Assembly (NCBI GenBank): GCA_040380025.1
Contig: JBEIJY010000017.1
Coordinates: 1 to 46,044 of the forward strand
Origin: Bdellovibrionales bacterium
GTDB lineage: Bacteria; Bdellovibrionota; UBA1018; CAIMNF01
Length of the DNA stretch: 46,044 bases
Reading direction: 5' to 3'
The first letter of the stretch is position 1, and every line of letters starts with the position of its first letter. Shown here piece by piece: positions 30,330-39,207 of the stretch. A program made the position numbers and the translations under genes. Below the pieces are notes generated by a model. The model was not told where the DNA came from. It saw only the letters and a list, made by a program, of their open reading frames with translations, and searched no databases.

Positions 30330-31309
30330 AGAGCGTGGTGTGGTTCTTGGTAGGGCTGACCCAGCTCATGGGAGCAGTCCATGCCATGGGCTTCGAGATG
30401 AAAGGCGCATTCGTCGATCGATGCTCGGGCAAAGAAACCACCGTGACGAATCCGAATGGCACCTCGATCAAGCTTTGGTTTCCCGCCCTTTCGGCCGATG
30501 AGCCGCTCACGATCGACATCGAGTGGCGGGTCGCCGGCCCGAACTCGGAGCTTTCTGAAAAATATCGAATCCGCCAGCAGTATGAGTACCGCGCGGGAAG
30601 GCTCGAAGAAAAGAAGGAGTACTTCTTCAAGATCCCCCGCGACCGCATGCTCGACAGCATCGAAGAGAAGGTCCCGGGCTCGCGGATCTGGAGCGTGAAT
30701 GTGCTCGCCTCGCAGTCGGGGCGCGTCCAGGGAGTGGTGCTGTATTTGCTTCGGGTCGAAAAGGATTTTGACTATTTCGTCCCGACCGGAACCCCGTTCT
30801 GCCACTGGAGCAGCGGGCGCAGGGTGAGCTCGCAGTATTATTACAATCCCGGGCCGAAGCCGATGATGATCCGGAGGGTCCTGTCGGCGGCCTCCGAAAC
30901 GGGCTTCACGCGTGAGTGGTTTCCTCCTTTTTTTCGGGGCAGAGGCAAAGAGTTTTTGTTGGTGGGCATGATCCCGATCGAGAGGGAGTGGTCGCTCGAG
31001 CCCCTGCAGGGCGGGGTCTTCGCCGATCGTGTGATTTTCAGCCGGATGCCCGTCGATCATTTCGAGTGGAAGAAGCCCGCAAACGGCGAATCGTGCGGAG
31101 CCTATGTCCGAACGGAGTCAGGGCTCCTGGACTCGCCCGAAACCGTGAGTGAGTTCTATACCGTCCCGCGAACCCTGATCGGCGATGAGTCTGCGCTTCT
31201 GAACTTCCTTGAGCGCGTAAGCCCGTCTCTTCAAACCTGTACCGATATTCCCAACGCCGGATTCGATCCCTTCGATGCGGAGTTCCGGTTCACCCCCCTG
31301 CAACCCTGA
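30326..31309 (+). CDS. Exported hypothetical protein, distant paralog of the next gene
   Basis: ATGA overlap with nfrB, signal peptide ending AVHA, beta-rich. C-terminal Cys pattern shared with 31321. Confidence 0.75.
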   Translation: MKSVVWFLVGLTQLMGAVHAMGFEMKGAFVDRCSGKETTVTNPNGTSIKLWFPALSADEPLTIDIEWRVAGPNSELSEKYRIRQQYEYRAGRLEEKKEYFFKIPRDRMLDSIEEKVPGSRIWSVNVLASQSGRVQGVVLYLLRVEKDFDYFVPTGTPFCHWSSGRRVSSQYYYNPGPKPMMIRRVLSAASETGFTREWFPPFFRGRGKEFLLVGMIPIEREWSLEPLQGGVFADRVIFSRMPVDHFEWKKPANGESCGAYVRTESGLLDSPETVSEFYTVPRTLIGDESALLNFLERVSPSLQTCTDIPNAGFDPFDAEFRFTPLQP

Positions 31310-31320
31310 AGGAGTTTTGC

Positions 31321-32325
31321 ATGAACCGTTTGTTTGCGCTGATGATGATTTTCTTTGCCGCGAGCGAGGCGAAGGCCGCTCTTACTGCTTCCCTCGAAAT
31401 CCCCGGTGTCCAGGAGGGAAAGCGCTTCGAGGAGTGCGAAGTCTTTCGGGGTGCGCGCCAGGGCTCGACGGTTTGGCTCGAGCCGAAGGTCTCGGGCGGA
31501 AGCGGTCGCTATGAGCTCACGCTCGCGTGGAGGCTCGGGTCCGGGTATCGCGATTACGGCGTCGAGGCCCAGTTCGAACGAAGAATCCGCATAAACAAGC
31601 GCTTCGGGCTCAGGATTCCCCTTCTTCGCGATGACGTGCCATATGTCCAGCAGGCAGTGGTTTTGTTGGTGCGAGATCGCGAGACGGGCGAAACCGCAAA
31701 CGCCGAGGCGCTATTTCCGGTCTCGCGCAATGTGATTCTGACCCCGAGCGCAGACCCTGCAATTCTCGATCGCAATTGCTATGAGCGCTTTCCCGCCACC
31801 GAATCCATGATTGGCGTTCTTACGAACGGAAGCACGAACGTGAGCAGTCTGTCGATCAAGCAAGGGATCGATCGACTCTGGGCCAATACGAGCGGGACCT
31901 CCTGGGGCTTCTATGTGTCTCCGTTCTCGTTTCTTCCGGGGGTGGGGAGCACGCTTGCCGGGCTCTTCATGGCGAACCGAAGCTACTATAAGACCACCTC
32001 ACGGCAGACCTCCGAGACGGTCGAGGTGAACTCTTCTTACAATCTCTCGCCCGGCGACACGATTCAGATTTATACGCAAAAAACGCGCTACATCACTCAT
32101 TACGACGCAACCCTGGTCGGTGCTTGCGGAGCACGGGCCACAAAAAAGGGCGCGTATCCCCTGCAGTGGTGGGGGTTCGCGTACCATGCCGTGCCGATCA
32201 ATCCCTTCGATCCCACGCGCCCGAACCAGAACAATATCGGTGCGACGCCCCTGAATACCTGCCCCGCATCGCTCACTCCGGGCATGGGGACGGCAGATGA
32301 GATGTTTTTTCAGACGAACTTGTAG
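31321..32325 (+). CDS. Exported protein with possible aerolysin/ETX-MTX2-like beta domain
   Basis: SD AAGGAG, signal peptide AKA. Ser/Thr-rich strands flank a hydrophobic/Gly segment, followed by YNLSPGD. The CDS is confident; the fold is tentative. Confidence 0.7.
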   Translation: MNRLFALMMIFFAASEAKAALTASLEIPGVQEGKRFEECEVFRGARQGSTVWLEPKVSGGSGRYELTLAWRLGSGYRDYGVEAQFERRIRINKRFGLRIPLLRDDVPYVQQAVVLLVRDRETGETANAEALFPVSRNVILTPSADPAILDRNCYERFPATESMIGVLTNGSTNVSSLSIKQGIDRLWANTSGTSWGFYVSPFSFLPGVGSTLAGLFMANRSYYKTTSRQTSETVEVNSSYNLSPGDTIQIYTQKTRYITHYDATLVGACGARATKKGAYPLQWWGFAYHAVPINPFDPTRPNQNNIGATPLNTCPASLTPGMGTADEMFFQTNL

Positions 32326-32335
32326 GAGGAGCGGA

Positions 32336-35242
32336 ATGAAGAGCTGGAGTCGGTGGGTGATGGGGAGCGTGCTTGCAGGCACGATCGGAATGGGGACGGC
32401 AGGGGCGCCTGAGGCGGGCGCGGCCACCCTGAGTGCAGGGATCCGGGAGCACTTCACGGCATCGGGCAAAAACGATTATGCGAGCGATTCGGCATCGAAG
32501 CTGAAGCTTCTCCTGACCGGACTCGGGTTCCCCTCGATCACGCTTCAAATGCGGGTCGCGGCCCCGAGCACGGAACCCGAGGCGCTGTATCCGCCCAAGT
32601 TCGGAACGAAAAAACTAGAGCTCGAGACTATGATCTCGCGGATTTTTCATGGGAATGCGGTTCCGGTGCTGAAGCCCATGCTCTTTTTGCGGCCCGAAGC
32701 CGGAGCGCCGGTTGCCTTGCCCTCGATTCCGGCAAAAGCAGGCCAGGCGCTTTTTTCGAGTTATGCGCAGGTACTCGACCCCTATGCCTCGACCCTCGGC
32801 CTGCGCTCGGTCGAGGAGTTCGTGCTCGGGCAGGGCATGGGGGAGTTTTACAATGCCCGCTTTGCCGCCCGCTGGAAGGGGCTCATCGATCGTCTGAGGT
32901 CGCGCGCCTCTGGGGTGACCCGGATCAGTCTTGATCTCGACAGCGAGTCGGGGATCCGAAATCTCGAGTCCTTTCAGAACGCCGATCGCACCGGGTTCGA
33001 AAAAACCTTCTCGGGTGTTCGGCAGGTCCGGTTTTCGCTCCCGATTGCAGAATGGATCGATTCGGACTCGCTTGCTCTGCGCTCTGCGGATTTTCAGGCG
33101 TTGGTCATGAATCGGGTCGAGCGGCTCTCGCGGCTGTTTCCGGGCCGGGGTCTCGTGTTCTCGAACGTGTTTCTTCCCGCATGCCCGGGGTTCCGGCCGG
33201 TGGGGGCCGAGCCCGATTGCGCCACAAAGGCACCGGATTGGCAAAAGCAAGCCACCTTGGTGCGCGCCTTCTTTGCGGCATGGGATGCCGTGCCTGCCGC
33301 GGTTTCGGGGCTCGTCCGCGAGATCGAACTCGTTGCGGGGAGCACGCAGGATGAGCCTCTCCCCGAAGAGGCCGATCCGAGGTTCCTCGTGTATAACCCC
33401 GAGGTCAGGGACATTTTAAAGGAGCGCCTTGCGCTCGAATCGCATGGCTCGAGCCGGATTTCGAGTCCTCCGCGCTCTTCGTTTCGAAGGTTCGAGCCGG
33501 GCGATCAAAAAAAGCACGCCTGCATTTACTTTGATGAATCCGACGAGAGCGACCGGATTGGCGCGATTCACGCCCGCCTGATCGACAATCTGGTCGGGGC
33601 GTTTCCGGCGTGGGCGAAGGAGCGCCGGCGGATGTCGGCCTACCAGAAGGGCGATCTTGGCGATTGCGATGCCGTGTTTTACCTTGCGAGCAATTACGGG
33701 ATGAAGGTGCCCGAGGAGTTCCTCCGGGAGGCCTCGGCATTCGTGCAAAAGAATCCGCTCGCGTGGATCAATTACAAGTTCGAGACTTTCTACGACTACT
33801 ACATGAGGGCCAAATTCAGGCATGGGTTTGATCCGATTCTCTTCAATATCCCCCGGATCCTTCAAGCCGATGCGCCTCCGTCGCCTTCGAGTCCGGACCC
33901 GGGGTTCTTCCGGTTTTTTCATTACAAAGGCGAGATCTTCGAAAAAGAGGCGCGATTCGACCGCGCGACCGGGGTCTATGCGGCCAGTCCCGAGATCAAT
34001 GAAATCAGGATCGACGATGCCACCAAGGTCAGGGTGCTCTCGATGGCCGAGCATTCCAAAACAAGGCAGAGAATTCCCTATGCGGTCACGCAGGCCATGA
34101 AAGATGGGGGGCGGATGTTCTATTTCGCCGATCTCCCGTTCTCGTTCGCCCATTACGAAGACCGCTCGCTCATTTTCAGCGATGTGATTTATGACATTCT
34201 GGGCGAACCCGCTCCCGATCGCCCGCTTCTGGCCCTTGCCCGCCTCGAAGACATCAACCCGAGCATCCCGACCGAGTACCTCGCGAAGGCCATCGATTAC
34301 CTTGCCGATCGCTCGATTCCGTTCTCTCTTGCCCTGATTCCCTATTATTCGAATCTTTTCTCGAACCCGATGGGACGTGCCACCGACCCGATCTGGCTCC
34401 CGGCCGATCAGTTCCCGGAATTTGCCGGATTTGTCCGCTATGCCGCCGCACGGGGCGCCTCGTTTGTCATGCACGGTCTTGCCCATCAGGCGGGCGACCT
34501 GATCAGCGGCTTCAACGGCGGAACCGGCTCGGATTACGAGTTCTGGACCTGGCCCGGCGATCGGCCGCATCCGCAGGATTCTCCCTCTTGGCTCATGAAG
34601 CGCATGGAGCTTGCCGAGGGAGTGTTTGATCGCATGCGGTTGAAGGTAGCGGCGTGGGAGTCGCCCCACTATGCGGCGAGTGCGCTCGATTATGTGCTCT
34701 TCGGGCGTCTTTTTGAATGGACGTATCACCGCGGGCTTTACTTCAAATCCGAAATCGAAGACTCGCACCGTCTCGCGGCCCTGCGCGCCCCGTGGGAGTG
34801 CAAGACCGAATCCTGCCGCGAAGAGCGGCGCCTTCGGGCAGGCGAAGTAAAAGTGAAGGCCGATTACGAGACCTTCGGCGGCCAGATCGTGCCGTACCCG
34901 ATTTTTGAGGACAGTTACGGACAGGCCGTGATTCCCGAGACGATCGGCATGGTCGATTATGTGCTCTATCGCCCCGACACCTGGCGGCCTGTGAGCACCG
35001 TGGCCGATTTACTACGAAGGGCAAAGAAGTTGCGAGTCGTCCGCGGAGCGATGGCCTCGTTCTTCTGGCATCCGTTGTTGCTGGACCCGAAGGGCGCATA
35101 TTACGGCGAAATCCCGGGGAGCTACGACTCCCTCGGGGGAATCCGGATCCTCTCGGCCCTGGTCGAGGGGCTGAAGGCCCTGGGCTACCAGTTTGCGAGC
35201 ATCGAGGATTGCCGGTACTTCCCCCGAAAATCCTGCCGTTAA
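32336..35242 (+). CDS. Large exported DUF2334-type polysaccharide deacetylase-like protein with an extra N-terminal domain
   Basis: SD AGGAGG, signal peptide. RLEDINP, MHGLAH, WESPHY and SFFWHP match a NodB-like/DUF2334 domain. Confidence 0.8.
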   Translation: MKSWSRWVMGSVLAGTIGMGTAGAPEAGAATLSAGIREHFTASGKNDYASDSASKLKLLLTGLGFPSITLQMRVAAPSTEPEALYPPKFGTKKLELETMISRIFHGNAVPVLKPMLFLRPEAGAPVALPSIPAKAGQALFSSYAQVLDPYASTLGLRSVEEFVLGQGMGEFYNARFAARWKGLIDRLRSRASGVTRISLDLDSESGIRNLESFQNADRTGFEKTFSGVRQVRFSLPIAEWIDSDSLALRSADFQALVMNRVERLSRLFPGRGLVFSNVFLPACPGFRPVGAEPDCATKAPDWQKQATLVRAFFAAWDAVPAAVSGLVREIELVAGSTQDEPLPEEADPRFLVYNPEVRDILKERLALESHGSSRISSPPRSSFRRFEPGDQKKHACIYFDESDESDRIGAIHARLIDNLVGAFPAWAKERRRMSAYQKGDLGDCDAVFYLASNYGMKVPEEFLREASAFVQKNPLAWINYKFETFYDYYMRAKFRHGFDPILFNIPRILQADAPPSPSSPDPGFFRFFHYKGEIFEKEARFDRATGVYAASPEINEIRIDDATKVRVLSMAEHSKTRQRIPYAVTQAMKDGGRMFYFADLPFSFAHYEDRSLIFSDVIYDILGEPAPDRPLLALARLEDINPSIPTEYLAKAIDYLADRSIPFSLALIPYYSNLFSNPMGRATDPIWLPADQFPEFAGFVRYAAARGASFVMHGLAHQAGDLISGFNGGTGSDYEFWTWPGDRPHPQDSPSWLMKRMELAEGVFDRMRLKVAAWESPHYAASALDYVLFGRLFEWTYHRGLYFKSEIEDSHRLAALRAPWECKTESCREERRLRAGEVKVKADYETFGGQIVPYPIFEDSYGQAVIPETIGMVDYVLYRPDTWRPVSTVADLLRRAKKLRVVRGAMASFFWHPLLLDPKGAYYGEIPGSYDSLGGIRILSALVEGLKALGYQFASIEDCRYFPRKSCR

Positions 35243-36345
35243 AAAAGCAAATCGGCGATGCGATCGGCGGCGTACCCGTCTCCGAACAAGTCGTGTTGCA
35301 AGCCCTTGCGCGGGGGTTTCGGCTGCCGGAGGGCCCAGAGCATCGACGAGAGGATCGAATCGGCATTCGTGCCCGCAAGTTTCGCAATTCCGGCGTCGAC
35401 CGCCTCCATCCGCTCGGTGGTCTGGCGGCAAACAATGGTGGGAATTCCAAGCGTCGCCGCTTCTTCCTGGATTCCGCCCGAATCCGTCACCACAAGATCG
35501 CACTCCGAAAGCAAGTGGCAGGTCTCGCCGTAGTTCAGGGCCGGCACCAGATGCGCCTGCGGCGTCGCACTCAGGTATCTGTCGGCCGCCGCCTTGGCCA
35601 GATGATTCGGATGGATCGGATAAATGAGCCCAAGATCGGGGTTCACGATCAAGAATTGCGCGAGCGCGCGAAACCAGAGATCCATCGATTCCTTGTTCTC
35701 GCGACGGTGGGCGGTCAAAAGCACGGGGCGCAGGTTTTTTGATTTGAGCGACTTCAGCACGAACTGGATCGAATCCGGGCGCGGAAGATCGAGCGTCCAG
35801 CGAAGCGCATCGATTCCGGTGTTTCCGGTGACATGAATGAGATCTTCGGCGATTCCTTCGCGAAGAAGGGCCGCTTTGGAGCGTTCGGTCGGCGCGAAGT
35901 GCACCTGCGAGACGATGCTGATCAGTCTTCGATTCGCCTCTTCGGGGAAGGGATGCTGAAGGTCATACGAGCGGAGTCCGGCCTCGTTGTGCGCCACTTT
36001 GACTCCAGCCTGGAACGCGGCCCATGCAGCCATCGCAGCACTCGTGGTATCGCCCTGAACGACGAGCCAACGGGGGCGATGTTCGCGCAGAAGCGCGCCC
36101 ATGCCTTCGAGGATCGCCGAAGAGGATTCGGTCAAGGATTGCGAGGGGCGCATCGTTTCGAGATTCAAATCGAGCTTCACCCCGAAATGCTGGAGGGCCT
36201 GATCGAGGAGCTCGCGATGCTGGCCGGTGCCGATGAGCGCGACCGCATCGGGTCCGTGGCGGGCCACCAGAGATCGATACACCGGAACCTGTTTGATGAC
36301 TTCCGGGCGGGTTCCGACAATGATCCAGTGGGTTTTGTTTTTCAT
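35239..36345 (-). CDS. wecB: UDP-N-acetylglucosamine 2-epimerase (non-hydrolysing)
   Basis: GTRPEVIK, TGQHRE, VQGDTTS, EAGLRS, PFPEEANR, TGNTGIDA, TAHRREN, TDSGGIQEEA. Confidence 0.95.
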   Translation of the reverse strand: MKNKTHWIIVGTRPEVIKQVPVYRSLVARHGPDAVALIGTGQHRELLDQALQHFGVKLDLNLETMRPSQSLTESSSAILEGMGALLREHRPRWLVVQGDTTSAAMAAWAAFQAGVKVAHNEAGLRSYDLQHPFPEEANRRLISIVSQVHFAPTERSKAALLREGIAEDLIHVTGNTGIDALRWTLDLPRPDSIQFVLKSLKSKNLRPVLLTAHRRENKESMDLWFRALAQFLIVNPDLGLIYPIHPNHLAKAAADRYLSATPQAHLVPALNYGETCHLLSECDLVVTDSGGIQEEAATLGIPTIVCRQTTERMEAVDAGIAKLAGTNADSILSSMLWALRQPKPPRKGLQHDLFGDGYAADRIADLLF

Positions 36346-36382
36346 GCTGATTTCGAGCTCCTCTGTGATAGAAGCTTCCGCG

Positions 36383-37183
36383 ATGAACGGGTATGCGTCC
36401 AAGATCTGCGTCATTTTTGGCCTTTTTTTCGGTGTTTTTTTTAGTTTTTTCGAGGCGCATCCGCGGCCGGTCCTTCCCGGATGGGACAATTTCTTCAGCG
36501 TTTATTACGAGAGTGCGTATCTCGATCGCGCCCGCACCGGAGCGGGACTTCTTGTCCCGAAGTTCGGTGTTTCCGACCCGAAATCAGGAGTGCAGATTTA
36601 TTTCACCTCGCGGGTTGGGGTCGATAGCCGGACCTTCCTCGAACAGTCCGACCAAATCTACAACGATAACTTTCTGTTTCTTGGAGCAGGGGTCGATCAG
36701 GTGTCGTGGATTCCCGGCGTGCGATTCTCGCTTCAGGTCGGGAATTCGATCGATCTGAACCCGAAGATCAATCTCGGCGGCTTCGATGTGCGGACGGGCT
36801 GGATGAGCTATCACGAAAAAGAGTGGATCCGACAGGGGCTCCGCACTGAGATCTACTCGGAGGCGCTCTACATCCGCCGCTATCGCAACATCTTCGGTAG
36901 CCTTCATGCGCGGAACTTCTGGCCGGTTCTGCCGGCGGGCCACTCGCGGTACGAAGGGTTCGAGTTCGGGCCGTCGCTCCAGTTCGTTGTTTCGGGCGAC
37001 TCCGCCGGGTTCGATTACAACCGGTTTTTCGAGGCGCAAGCGGGGGTCAGAGCCCAGCTCCACACCCCGCTTGCGATCGCCCTGCACCTGCTCGGGGTGC
37101 GCGGGACGCGCCTCGACCCAAAAAGTCCGATCGACCGGTACTCGGACTTCAGGGTTCTCATCACCGGGTACTACGAGCTTTAA
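36383..37183 (+). CDS. Probable outer-membrane beta-barrel protein
   Basis: Hydrophobic N-terminus, alternating aromatic/Gly beta-strands, ends RVLITGYYEL. Start codon uncertain. Confidence 0.6.
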   Translation: MNGYASKICVIFGLFFGVFFSFFEAHPRPVLPGWDNFFSVYYESAYLDRARTGAGLLVPKFGVSDPKSGVQIYFTSRVGVDSRTFLEQSDQIYNDNFLFLGAGVDQVSWIPGVRFSLQVGNSIDLNPKINLGGFDVRTGWMSYHEKEWIRQGLRTEIYSEALYIRRYRNIFGSLHARNFWPVLPAGHSRYEGFEFGPSLQFVVSGDSAGFDYNRFFEAQAGVRAQLHTPLAIALHLLGVRGTRLDPKSPIDRYSDFRVLITGYYEL

Positions 37184-37509
37184 TGAAGCTGCGGTTCTTC
37201 CGCCCCCGACGACTTTGCGCTTTCGCTCCGGCCGGTGGCGCGCTTTGCGATCAGGTTCGCCACGGCGAGGCCCGTGATCGCAAGGGCGGTGATCGCAACC
37301 AGCGGCTCGGTGCGGATCACCGATTCGACGCGATTGAACATCGAGCTCAGGCGCGAGCTCGCAGAGTTTACCGACTCTTCGAGCAAGGATTCGACATCCT
37401 TCAAAATGCGCTCGCCGAACTCAGTCAGGGTTCTTCGTTCTTCTTGCACGAACTCCGCCGCGTTCGTCTTGATGGATTCGATCTTCGGATCAAGTTTCAT
37501 GTCACTCAT
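37180..37509 (-). CDS. ElaB/YqjD (DUF883)-like small membrane-anchored protein
   Basis: SD GGAGG, helical N-terminus, IRTEPLVAITALAITGLAV C-terminal TM pattern. Confidence 0.6.
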   Translation of the reverse strand: MSDMKLDPKIESIKTNAAEFVQEERRTLTEFGERILKDVESLLEESVNSASSRLSSMFNRVESVIRTEPLVAITALAITGLAVANLIAKRATGRSESAKSSGAEEPQLH

Positions 37510-37571
37510 GGCAAATGCCTCCCGAAGAAAGAAAAGCAAAATACAGGCCACGGCAGGTTTGTGAGAGGGGC

Positions 37572-38507
37572 TTACCGGAGGGCGAGGCGTGTCAGGCGGT
37601 TTTTCACAAGAGCGAGATACTCCGATTTCGCCCGGGTCGGCAGAAAGCTTTTTTCGATGAGAGATTCCCACTCCCAAAGGCAGGAACCGAGCCGCGCGAG
37701 TGAGGCTTCTGCGACCGGGCGGACCAGGCCCAGTCTTTCGATGGCGAAGTAATCGATGAAGTCCCCCCGTTTCAGGTTCCGTTTTTTGCCGCGGATCGAA
37801 AGTGCCGATTCCTCGGTTGCGCCCTCCATGGCGAGTGTCGAGTTCACGAGATCATAAGCCGGAGAAAGTTCCACTTTTTCGTTCCGGACGATGATCGAGA
37901 AGTTCTTCAGATGCATGTCCTCGTTGCCGACCACGAACGAAAAAAGCATGCGGTCGAGGAGCCTTTGCGCCTCGATCAGCGGGAAGGTGCAGTGGTGTCG
38001 GATGGTTTCTGCGACCTTTTCCATGCTCGAATCGTATTTCGTGTCGCGAGTTTGACCGGTGAGTTGGGCAAAGTCCTCGATATGGACTTTTTCTTTCTGA
38101 CCCTTCCGGTCAAAGCGACGAATAAAGTAGCTCAAGCTCCCGTCGATCGAGCGGACCAGGCCGTTCAGCGGGACTTCGATTCCGAAATGCGCGGCCAGTT
38201 TCATGGTGAGATTTTCGTTCTCCGGAAGATTGCGGAATTCTTCGACTTGGGGCTTCAGGATGTAGCGGCCTCCGAATTCCACAATTCGGAACTCCTGCTC
38301 TTTGACGCTCAGATTCACGCTCAGTTTGGGCTGAACGCCCTGAATCGAGAGCTTCGTCGACCGGATCATCGCCTCGCTCCGTTGTTCTTCGGCAGTGTGA
38401 GGAAAGTCATTCAGGCGGGTCAATGCAGGCGCGAGCGCGCGCAGGCCTTTCTTTGAATGGGTCTCGTGGGGGGCGATTTCCTGGTAGGTGATCGAGCAGA
38501 TCTTCAC
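37572..38507 (-). CDS. HipA-family kinase toxin (HipT-like)
   Basis: LSIQGVQPK Gly-rich loop, YILKP, RRFDR, EDFAQ, GNEDMHLKN, LSPAYD. GTG start. Confidence 0.92.
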   Translation of the reverse strand: MKICSITYQEIAPHETHSKKGLRALAPALTRLNDFPHTAEEQRSEAMIRSTKLSIQGVQPKLSVNLSVKEQEFRIVEFGGRYILKPQVEEFRNLPENENLTMKLAAHFGIEVPLNGLVRSIDGSLSYFIRRFDRKGQKEKVHIEDFAQLTGQTRDTKYDSSMEKVAETIRHHCTFPLIEAQRLLDRMLFSFVVGNEDMHLKNFSIIVRNEKVELSPAYDLVNSTLAMEGATEESALSIRGKKRNLKRGDFIDYFAIERLGLVRPVAEASLARLGSCLWEWESLIEKSFLPTRAKSEYLALVKNRLTRLALR

Positions 38508-38509
38508 TC

Positions 38510-38824
38510 TTATTCCCCGAGGTGTTCCGTGACTGTGACATCGCCAACGAGGTCTCCGCCCACCGCAAGAAGCTGCAAAAAATAGTTCCGCCGGTCGATT
38601 TTGTTTCGGCGAAGGAGCCCCTCGAGCTGGCCGCCTTCCGGAAGAAGTCCTTCGAAGAACGGCGGGAATGCATCAAAAAAATACGCCTCGGAAGAAACGG
38701 GCAGGGTCAGAGAAACAGGCGGACCATGATACTCCTCGAGGTAGCGAAACGAATAACGTCCATCCCCGTGTTCGATCAGCAAACCGGCAAAAGTCCCCTG
38801 AACCGAGACGCGTGCAGTTCTCAT
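38510..38824 (-). CDS. HipA N-terminal-domain protein (HipS-like antitoxin)
   Basis: AGLL..YSFRY, PVSLTLP, PPFFEGLLPEG, LLAVGGDLVGDV. Confidence 0.9.
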   Translation of the reverse strand: MRTARVSVQGTFAGLLIEHGDGRYSFRYLEEYHGPPVSLTLPVSSEAYFFDAFPPFFEGLLPEGGQLEGLLRRNKIDRRNYFLQLLAVGGDLVGDVTVTEHLGE

Positions 38825-39108
38825 TTGCCACGCTCAGAGAGAAAGGTACCCATCAGCGGGCTTCGAAAAAAAACGCCGATATTCAAAACCCGGAGCACCT
38901 TCAGAAGGGTGTCGAGTCGTACGCTTGGTTTGTTTTTTTCGAGGTCGAACACGACGGTTTTCCCGACGCCGGCGAGGGCCGCGAGCCCGGACTGGCTCAA
39001 GCCGCTTTTTTTGCGATGATACCGAATCGCATGCGCCAGACCGAGAGGCGAGACCTCCGGCGGTTCGGAAGGAAGGAGCGCTTTTTTTGGACTGCGGGGG
39101 GAATTCAT
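38821..39108 (-). CDS. XRE/HipB-type HTH regulator
   Basis: IRYHRKKSGLSQSGLAALAGVGKTVVFDLEKNK. Stop overlaps the next ATG. Confidence 0.9.
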   Translation of the reverse strand: MNSPRSPKKALLPSEPPEVSPLGLAHAIRYHRKKSGLSQSGLAALAGVGKTVVFDLEKNKPSVRLDTLLKVLRVLNIGVFFRSPLMGTFLSERGK

Positions 39109-39112
39109 TTTT

Positions 39113-39130
39113 TTACCGCCATAACGGTAA
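39113..39130. promoter_or_regulatory. Palindromic operator 1, TTACCG-N6-CGGTAA
   Basis: Perfect 6-bp inverted repeat 4 bp upstream of the HTH gene start. Confidence 0.75.
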
Positions 39131-39184
39131 TAATAGCGCTTTTGGGAGAGGGCAACAAGGGCCGAATCGGGAATTTAATCTTTT

Positions 39185-39202
39185 TTACTGTTATCGCGGT
39201 AA
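39185..39202. promoter_or_regulatory. Palindromic operator 2, TTACTG-N6-CGGTAA
   Basis: Second copy with one mismatch, 72 bp from operator 1. Confidence 0.7.
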
Positions 39203-39207
39203 TTTAT

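Noticed and set aside
33416..34768. 450-aa minus-strand ORF
   Set aside because: Antisense shadow of the DUF2334 gene.
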